22,510 nt of DNA from positions 1-22,510 of the forward strand of contig JAVJWO010000057.1 in NCBI GenBank assembly GCA_040222015.1, in the 5' to 3' direction. The DNA is from Coleofasciculus chthonoplastes F2-STO-03 (GTDB lineage Bacteria; Cyanobacteriota; Cyanobacteriia; Cyanobacteriales; Coleofasciculaceae). The translations under genes and the position numbers were made by a program. Shown here piece after piece: positions 17,001-22,510 of this stretch (positions within the stretch are counted from its first letter, which is position 1; the number at the start of each line of letters is the position of its first letter). The notes beneath the pieces are model-generated. The model saw only the letters and a program-made list of their open reading frames with translations, searched no databases and was not told the DNA's origin.

Positions 17001-19742
17001 GTTAATCGTTCCATTCACTGAAGAAACAGTCGAACCTGCATCTCCCATTCTTATCCCATCATTATTATCCGTTCCGGTTCCGCCTGTACCTGTCAGGGTG
17101 ATATTGCCGGTTGCGGAGGATGTCACCACACTACCATCGACAATCGAAATACCATCGTTGAATTCTCCCGTTCCCGTACCGCCGCCATTACCGGTCAAAC
17201 TAATCGTTCCATTAACTGAAGAAACAATCGAATTCACATCTTGCATTTTTATGCCATCATTACCATTCGTCCCAATTCCGCCTGTACCTGTCAGGGTAAT
17301 ATTTCCATTCTCGGAGGATGTCACCACACTACCATCAACAATAGAAATACCATCATTGAATTCTCCCGTTCCTGCACCACCATTACCGGTCAAGTTAATT
17401 GTTCCATTCAGTGAAAAGACACCCGAACCCCCATCTTGCATTTTTATCCCATCATTACCATTCGTCCCAATTCCACCTGTACCTGTTAGGGTGATATTTC
17501 CGGTTCCGGAGGATGTCACCGTACTACCCTCGACAATAGAAATACCATCGTTGAATTCTCCTGTTCCCTCACCACCATTACCGGTCAAGTTAATTGTTCC
17601 ATTCACGGAAGAAACAGTCGAAACCGCATCTTGCATTTTTATCCCATCATTACCATTCGTTCCGCTTCCGCCTGTACCTGTCAGAGTAATATTTCCGGTT
17701 CCGGAGGATGTCACCGTACTACCCTCGACAATAGAAATACCATCGTTGAATTCTCCCGTTCCTGCACCCCCATTACCTGTTAAGCTAATCATTCCATTAA
17801 CTGAAGAAATACGGGAGTTTAAATTACTAATACTAATTCCGTCATTATTATCTATCCCGTTTCCACCTGTACCTGTTAGAGTAATTGCACCTGTTCCAGT
17901 TGTTTCTATTACACTACCATCGTCCACAACAATACCGAAATTGTTGTCACCACCGTCACCTCCCGTACCTGTAATATCAATACTGCCGTCTCCAGTGGTA
18001 ATGGTACTGTTATTATTAATAGTAACGCCAGCAGTAGAGGCAGCATTACCTCTACCAGTGCCGATAAAATCTCCACCTCCCGTATCAATCGTGGCATTGG
18101 TGATGGCGAGAAGACCACCATTGATGTTATCGAAATCAGCATTAAGGGTAACATTACCCCCATTCGTTCTGATGTTCTGATTAACGACAATCTCGTTATT
18201 AGCTTGGGCAGTAAGCCCGACCCCGCTTTCACTAATATTAATCGGTGCATTAAAAGTAATAGTGTCAGTCGCTTGCAGAATTACATTTGCCACGGCAGCA
18301 TTAATCGTGCCATTGTTAATCTGGTTATCTTCTCCAGGATCATTAAATGCATCATTTGCAGCTAGTTGATTTGGATTATTTTCACCTGCCCTAACTGTTA
18401 TATTTTCTGGATCTAAGAGTAATATTCCAAATTCACCTTGCATCGCTGACAAGTTAACTGTGCCAGCATAATCAAGATAGTTTTTGCCCGATATTTCAGC
18501 AAAGCCACCATTACCACTTTCGCTACCGCCTCGTGCTGTAAGTGTTCCATAAAATCGGCTGGATTCATCTGCCCAAACAATAATCCGTCCCCCATTCCCA
18601 TCGGTTAAAGCATCTGCATTAATGGTTGAATCTTCGCTAATAAACGTGATATCAGCATTGGGAATTGCACCTTCCCCTTGATAATCCCCACCAATTCTCA
18701 CTGTACCGCCACCATTGATACCAGATGCGTCAAGATTGGCAGAAAGTAAGCCTACCTTTTTGCCAATAACATTGATTTCATTGCCAATTGAGGGTGAGGA
18801 GGAGGGCGCAACGGTTTCGTCAATCGTGGAAACATCGATTGTGCCAGAAATAATTGCGACTCCTGTTTCCTTTGGTAGGGTTATCTGAGAGTCCGCTAGT
18901 TGTACCTCTCCCGATGGCGTAACATCAACCCCCGTCTCGACTTTTTCTGCTGAACCTGTTAATAACTCGGCGACATCTAATGGACTAATTGGTAATAATA
19001 TACCGTCTTGATTCCGAGGCGCAGTAATCTCTAATGATAGTAACTGTCCCGACTGAGAAATTCTCACCCGATTTGACCCATCAACCGCCGTAATTGTAAT
19101 CTTTCCCCCAGGTGCTGTGAGTTCCCCGGTGTTAATCACGGTTCCCCCTAATAGGGTTAAACTCTGTCCTGGAGAAACGGCTAAATTTCCTGCATTGACA
19201 ATTGTCCCTGATTGGGATAAATCAAAGGCAAATTGATTGGGATTTCCCACCAACTGCTGATAATTATTATCTCCAAATGCATTGAACCAAAGATTATCGT
19301 TAAAGCCAATTCCTGTGGCGGTTGTGGCGATGAAATCAGCGGGAACATTTAATTGAGCATTGATGCCAAATACAATCCCGGCTGGATTCATCAAATATAA
19401 ATTCGGTGTTCCCCCCGTCACCTGAATCAACCCATTAATCAGTGATGGATTTCCTCCCATTACTCGCCCCAAAATATTCCTCAGATTTGGATTCGCCAAA
19501 AAATTAGCAATTTGCCCTGTATCTAAGCCAAACTCCTGAAAACTGTGGAAGAGATTCGCCTCATCTGCATCCAGACTCCCCCCGGAAATATCAAACTGAT
19601 TGCCATTCGGTGTGACAATTGTCCCCGTACCGTCAGAGGCGGCGGTAATTGGTTCAGCGTTCGTAGTCGGCGCTGTCTTCGCCACCAAAATTAAACCCAC
19701 AACTAGAAACAACCAGCTAAAGCACCATTGAGCAGATTTCAT
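14013..19742 (-). CDS. Filamentous-haemagglutinin (TPS secretion domain) beta-helix protein with C-terminal CHAT (caspase-like) protease domain
   Basis: Signal peptide; [30 protein letters not shown] and LLLDP motifs; Gly/Asn/Thr-rich repeats; CHAT motifs [46 protein letters not shown]. Confidence 0.92.
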   Translation of the reverse strand: MKSAQWCFSWLFLVVGLILVAKTAPTTNAEPITAASDGTGTIVTPNGNQFDISGGSLDADEANLFHSFQEFGLDTGQIANFLANPNLRNILGRVMGGNPSLINGLIQVTGGTPNLYLMNPAGIVFGINAQLNVPADFIATTATGIGFNDNLWFNAFGDNNYQQLVGNPNQFAFDLSQSGTIVNAGNLAVSPGQSLTLLGGTVINTGELTAPGGKITITAVDGSNRVRISQSGQLLSLEITAPRNQDGILLPISPLDVAELLTGSAEKVETGVDVTPSGEVQLADSQITLPKETGVAIISGTIDVSTIDETVAPSSSPSIGNEINVIGKKVGLLSANLDASGINGGGTVRIGGDYQGEGAIPNADITFISEDSTINADALTDGNGGRIIVWADESSRFYGTLTARGGSESGNGGFAEISGKNYLDYAGTVNLSAMQGEFGILLLDPENITVRAGENNPNQLAANDAFNDPGEDNQINNGTINAAVANVILQATDTITFNAPINISESGVGLTAQANNEIVVNQNIRTNGGNVTLNADFDNINGGLLAITNATIDTGGGDFIGTGRGNAASTAGVTINNNSTITTGDGSIDITGTGGDGGDNNFGIVVDDGSVIETTGTGAITLTGTGGNGIDNNDGISISNLNSRISSVNGMISLTGNGGAGTGEFNDGISIVEGSTVTSSGTGNITLTGTGGSGTNGNDGIKMQDAVSTVSSVNGTINLTGNGGEGTGEFNDGISIVEGSTVTSSGTGNITLTGTGGIGTNGNDGIKMQDGGSGVFSLNGTINLTGNGGAGTGEFNDGISIVDGSVVTSSENGNITLTGTGGIGTNGNDGIKMQDVNSIVSSVNGTISLTGNGGGTGTGEFNDGISIVDGSVVTSSATGNITLTGTGGTGTDNNDGIRMGDAGSTVSSVNGTINLTGNGGEGTGEFNDGISIVDGSVVTSSATGNITLTGTGGNGTNNNSGIRLGDVGSSVSSVDGDISITGTGGNATGQENHGVSIQDGALVQSTGTGAIEITGTTDATSNGVFGNDGISIVSGGGVESTGTGNITLVGTGGQGMMSNEGIVILQENSRVTSINGDIFLQGTSQGTGTNHYGIWVGGFSVLGFGGGVVQTTGTGNISLEGIVNGSDNTSQGILVGDDGGIAAIGLGNISLTANEIRLGTIQGNNLLQVQPLDPNLDMTIGNTINDTRLNLDTNELNSIQNGFTQLIIGRDNNTGTITLAGDATFNDPVTLQANSINHTGGTLFGDDNATLTLLANQDITTGDIFNPSRDITLTSDNGTVTTGNLNSSGNSGGDISIQAEQAITTGEINTSGSVGDGGNVILDPRGDIQVSMINAQGGSNGKGGDVDITTEQFFRATNDFTDQNGSLTSISTAGGIEGGDITIRHGGGWLGTPFDVGDGTTNGTSAGISSGEFSILPFDSFPGSFTLGNIRIITRTIMGTCPPYCSQSDDSDDITKESAIASSPVFNPIAEAEAAFTSQYEEYLGLGDTPIITLAQAQATLQRIERVAGVKPALVYVMFVPTNASIKGGDLKGLGKRRGTQRWAQRFAEEDGGFVAMSEEDLLSLEGEELVLILVTASGEPMRFPVPGATREMVLNRSQQLRRAVTDVRIPRPYLPVSQQLYQWLIAPLEAELASREITNLAFVVDVGLRSLPMAVLHDGNGFILERYSIGLMPSLSLTDTRYVDVRNLEVLAMGASEFTDQNPLPAVPIELATITDNLWQGESFLNSTFTPQRLKRVRNRTPFGILHLATHGEFKSGKPENSYIQFWDTKLYLDQIRELGLNNPPVELMVLSACRTALGDEEAELGFTGLAVQAGVKSALGSLWYVSDEGTLGLMTTFYSQLKEVPIKAEALRQAQLAMIRGEVRIEKGQLVTPNGTIPLPPQLADLPDRELTHPYYWSAFTLVGSPW
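15095..15136. repeat. CCTCTGCG x4 short repeat inside the coding sequence
   Basis: Units at 15095, 15105, 15117 and 15127; encodes [15 protein letters not shown]. Confidence 0.7.
16860..17890 (-). repeat. About five tandem 195-bp (65-aa) intragenic repeats
   Basis: GAATTCTC anchors at 16965, 17160, 17358, 17553 and 17748 (spacing 195/198/195/195). Boundaries are approximate. Confidence 0.9.
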
Positions 19743-20199
19743 GGGAGTAAGAGTTAAGGAAGGACATAGCTCAATTTTGTTGCTTGTGCCAGTATTTTTT
19801 CCCTGAAGGTTATAAAATTATAGGAAATGATAGATAATTTAGACTTAGTTAATTTTAATTTACGTCTAAACGTTCCTTGGATAAGAGTGGTATCGGTTAT
19901 GAATAGCAGAACTATTGGCGGGTAGAGATAATATCCTTGACGTGCTATAGTGTCAAGTAAAATTTAAGGAGAGGGCGACCCAACCATCTGTAGGGGTGGG
20001 TTTTACCGAATCCGTGTCAACTTAAGGTGAAACTTTTTTTCCTGTAAGACTTTGAATTTCGTCGCCTTAATCTTAACCCCCCTTAATCCCCCGTGCCAAA
20101 AAAGCGAAGCATTCTCTATCCTCCCCCGTGCCAAAAGAGCGAATGCGGAAGCTTTTTTTGCACAGGAGAAACTCGTTTGTGTAGCCTCAGTTTGAGCAG

Positions 20200-20262
20200 A
20201 GGGCGACCCGATCCAATTGAGTGGACGAGAGTTGTTAATTTATGCAAGCGGGTCGCCCCTAC
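20200..20262 (-). repeat. Long GTAG REP-like stem-loop (variant arms)
   Basis: AGGGCGACCCG...CGGGTCGCCCCTAC. Confidence 0.8.
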
Positions 20263-20274
20263 AGACGCATTACC

Positions 20275-20400
20275 AATGACCAATGACCAATGACAAATGA
20301 CAAATGACGAATGACAAATGACCAATGACAAATGACCAATGACCAATGACAAATGACAAATGACCAATGACAAATGACAAATGACCAATGACCAATAACA
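20275..20400 (+). repeat. Heptamer tandem array (AATGACN, 18 units), STRR-like
   Basis: Units every 7 nt from 20275; the ATG at 20388 lies in unit 17. Confidence 0.9.
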
Positions 20401-22388
20401 AAATACTTTATTTAATAGCTACGTCATTTCTATTCTGGCTAGGAGGTTCTCATCCTTCCCCAGCAGAAATGATTGATCCAGCTATGTTATCTGGGGATAT
20501 CCGTTTAACCCTGAAACGTGGCGTGTGGAAAACCTGGGAAGGGGAACCCGTTTATCAGGATATTACACTCGATTTAGTCTGTGATGCGAATAAGTGCGAT
20601 CGCGAGGTGTGGGGATTTGCACCAAAGTTCAATCAGGCGGATCATCAGGGAGTTCTCCAGAGGAGTCAACGGGGACGATTATGGAATCTGGATGTGCAGA
20701 TGCAAATTAGTCCTGATCCTTGGCAATCCCTGGAAGGACAAGCAGAGTATGATATCCAAGTGCGGTTGCATGATCATAATCAACTAATTGGCACCTATTC
20801 TGGAACAGTAAATGACCAACCTGTCAAGGGAGAAGTCCAGGGAATTATTCGTCCCCATTGGTCACAACCCGTGGCAAATTATCGTCCTCTGCGCCCCCAA
20901 GAACATCCTCGGTTAATTTTTCGCCCAGATCAACTTCCCCAATTGCGTCAACAGGCTAAAACGCCTAGGGGTGAGGCGATTCTGGCACAGTTGCAACGGA
21001 GTCTTGATCAACCCATCTATTACGATGGCTATGTGCCAACCGGGGGCTATCACGCGGCTGGGTATTGTTTCCTCTCCCTAATTCAACAGGATCAAGCTGC
21101 AGCTGCAACCGCTTGGCAGATTACTGTTAATTCCATGAACCAACCTAGACCCCGTTTACTGGAACATTCTACAGTAGTCGCAGGCTTGGCGTTGGCGTAT
21201 GATTTGTGTTATCCAGCTTGGGATGAGGAACAGGTACAACAGGTAGCCGATTGGTTAGCGACTCAAACCGCCCTGCTGGTGAAGGGAACGGCGGGTGATG
21301 GCTGGAATCCTAATCCAGCAAGTAACTGGAATGCTAGGGCGCGAGGGGCGGCGGGGTTAGCGGCGTTGGCGCTACTGGAGGAGGGGGATGTAGAGACGTG
21401 GCGTTGGCTGAAAGTGGCGGAACGGAATATTAAACGCTATCTTACCATTGGCATTGGCGATCGCGGTTTTGGGTCTGAGGGGGATCATTATAGTACAGAA
21501 CCCTGGTTTCTCACGGTGATGCCCTTTTTACAAGCGTATCAGACGGTGTTGGGGGAAGATTTGGTCACGCGATCGCACGCTGCTTGGTTTTTACCTCAGT
21601 ATGTAACCCGAATGGTGGGTGAAGATGGGGAGGTAGCGATTCCCAGCTATGGGCGTCATCGCTTAAGCCCCACGGGTTCTATCTTTGCGGTGGGATTGGG
21701 GATAGTCCCGGAACGGCTGCTACCGGGAGTTATGTGGTTCTTTAACCGTCATTGGGGGAGAAATGGAGATAACAGTTTTGGCATTGAGTTACCCCATGAT
21801 GGGGCGTATGTTTTCGCCGGATATCCCCAAGACGTAACCCCCCAGAACCCCGCCAAGATATGGGGGCGGGTATTGGTAGATGCCCAAAAAGGCTTCTTTA
21901 CGTTCCGCAATCAATGGCGAGATGAAAATGATTTTGTCACCAGTATTTTTGTAAAGCGAGAGAAACCTAGAGGCGGACATTGGTCATTTCCCGATGCGGG
22001 AAGTTTCCGAATTTGGGGCTTAGGAGGGCGCTGGGCGACGGCGGGAATGGCATCTGATGGGAAACAGAGGGATGAAAATGTGATGTTGCTGCAGGAATTA
22101 CAGGCAGGGAAGACGGCGAAACTGACGGGATTTCATGCAAGTGCCGATGGGTCGGGTATGGTTAGTTTACAACTCAATAACTGGTTGCGATCGCTCGCAG
22201 TAGATTATAGTGGCGTAGCCGGTGTACCGGGGTTGTTTGTCTTGGTGGATCAGGTGGTTGACGCTGAAGCACAAGATCAAACCTGGATCATGCATACCCA
22301 GGAAAACGTAACGATTCAGGGTCAACAGTTTACCCTGAAGTCAGAATCCGGGGCGACGATGCAAGGAACCTTTATAGAAACGCCGTAA
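20388..22388 (+). CDS. Exported protein with heparinase II/III-like (polysaccharide lyase-like) features; probably C-terminally truncated by an IS
   Basis: Signal peptide; EHPRLIF, LALAYD, SNWNAR, GSEGDHY, DAGSF and a beta-rich C-terminus. The stop codon lies within the IS end. Functional call is tentative. Confidence 0.55.
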   Translation: MTNNKILYLIATSFLFWLGGSHPSPAEMIDPAMLSGDIRLTLKRGVWKTWEGEPVYQDITLDLVCDANKCDREVWGFAPKFNQADHQGVLQRSQRGRLWNLDVQMQISPDPWQSLEGQAEYDIQVRLHDHNQLIGTYSGTVNDQPVKGEVQGIIRPHWSQPVANYRPLRPQEHPRLIFRPDQLPQLRQQAKTPRGEAILAQLQRSLDQPIYYDGYVPTGGYHAAGYCFLSLIQQDQAAAATAWQITVNSMNQPRPRLLEHSTVVAGLALAYDLCYPAWDEEQVQQVADWLATQTALLVKGTAGDGWNPNPASNWNARARGAAGLAALALLEEGDVETWRWLKVAERNIKRYLTIGIGDRGFGSEGDHYSTEPWFLTVMPFLQAYQTVLGEDLVTRSHAAWFLPQYVTRMVGEDGEVAIPSYGRHRLSPTGSIFAVGLGIVPERLLPGVMWFFNRHWGRNGDNSFGIELPHDGAYVFAGYPQDVTPQNPAKIWGRVLVDAQKGFFTFRNQWRDENDFVTSIFVKREKPRGGHWSFPDAGSFRIWGLGGRWATAGMASDGKQRDENVMLLQELQAGKTAKLTGFHASADGSGMVSLQLNNWLRSLAVDYSGVAGVPGLFVLVDQVVDAEAQDQTWIMHTQENVTIQGQQFTLKSESGATMQGTFIETP

Positions 22389-22510
22389 AACCCACATCCT
22401 TTTAGGTGTGGGATATAAGGCGGGTCATCGGAGGTACGGAGATGACCAAACTATCTGGTCTTCTGATTTTCAATGTAACGCTTAACCGTCTCACTACTGA
22501 CATTTCCCGC
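22376..22510. mobile_element. End of an IS200/IS605-family element (continues beyond the window)
   Basis: Subterminal imperfect hairpin CCCACA(T)CCT-TTT-AGGTGTGGG (22391-22412) inside CGCC...GGCG; second hairpin GGTCATC...GATGACC (22423-22447); preceded by TTTAT (22371-22375); tnpA 3' end adjacent. Confidence 0.85.
22451..22510 (-). CDS. tnpA: IS200-family Y1 HUH transposase, C-terminal 19 aa (partial)
   Basis: AGNVSSETVKRYIENQKTR* contains the catalytic YxxxQ helix of TnpA. Confidence 0.85.
   Translation of the reverse strand, partial: AGNVSSETVKRYIENQKTR

Noticed and set aside
16903..18180. 425-aa plus-strand ORF
   Set aside because: Antisense shadow of the Gly/Thr/Asn repeat region of the haemagglutinin-CHAT gene; Pro/Val/Ile-rich mirror composition.
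20093..20388. ORFs 20116-20388 (-) and 20093-20293 (+)
   Set aside because: Translations of the heptamer array and repeat mosaic (VICHLSL repeats); no coding evidence.
21390..21410. GTAGAGACGTGGCG resembling a REP half inside the lyase-like CDS
   Set aside because: No complementary arm; may be chance coding sequence (DVETWR).

Overview
Genomic DNA from a filamentous cyanobacterium, judged from frequent HIP1 GCGATCGC sites, heptamer tandem repeats and GTAG-type palindromes. Housekeeping or conserved genes: crtD-like desaturase, Hpt-domain protein, RND adaptor, tadA, plsC-like acyltransferase, recQ, clpS and a DUF2103-like protein. Exported or accessory proteins: a TPR protein, a 1909-aa haemagglutinin-CHAT protease fusion, and a lyase-like protein apparently cut by an IS200/IS605 element at the right edge. 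Main features not explained by the ORF track: (1) an IscB-type omega-RNA (HEARO-like) scaffold at 1-200 followed only by the last 44 codons of an IscB-like ORF, just upstream of crtD; (2) a GC-rich sbtA lying behind an unannotated 58-codon ORF that resembles the Tat signal start of a CmpA/NrtA-family gene, with an ATAG-N8-CTAT box upstream and sbtB transcribed divergently; (3) two unrelated exported-protein genes whose start codons are built from the last units of the same heptamer array; (4) several MITEs and REP-like elements, some inside coding sequences. All family assignments come from motif recognition, not database searches.
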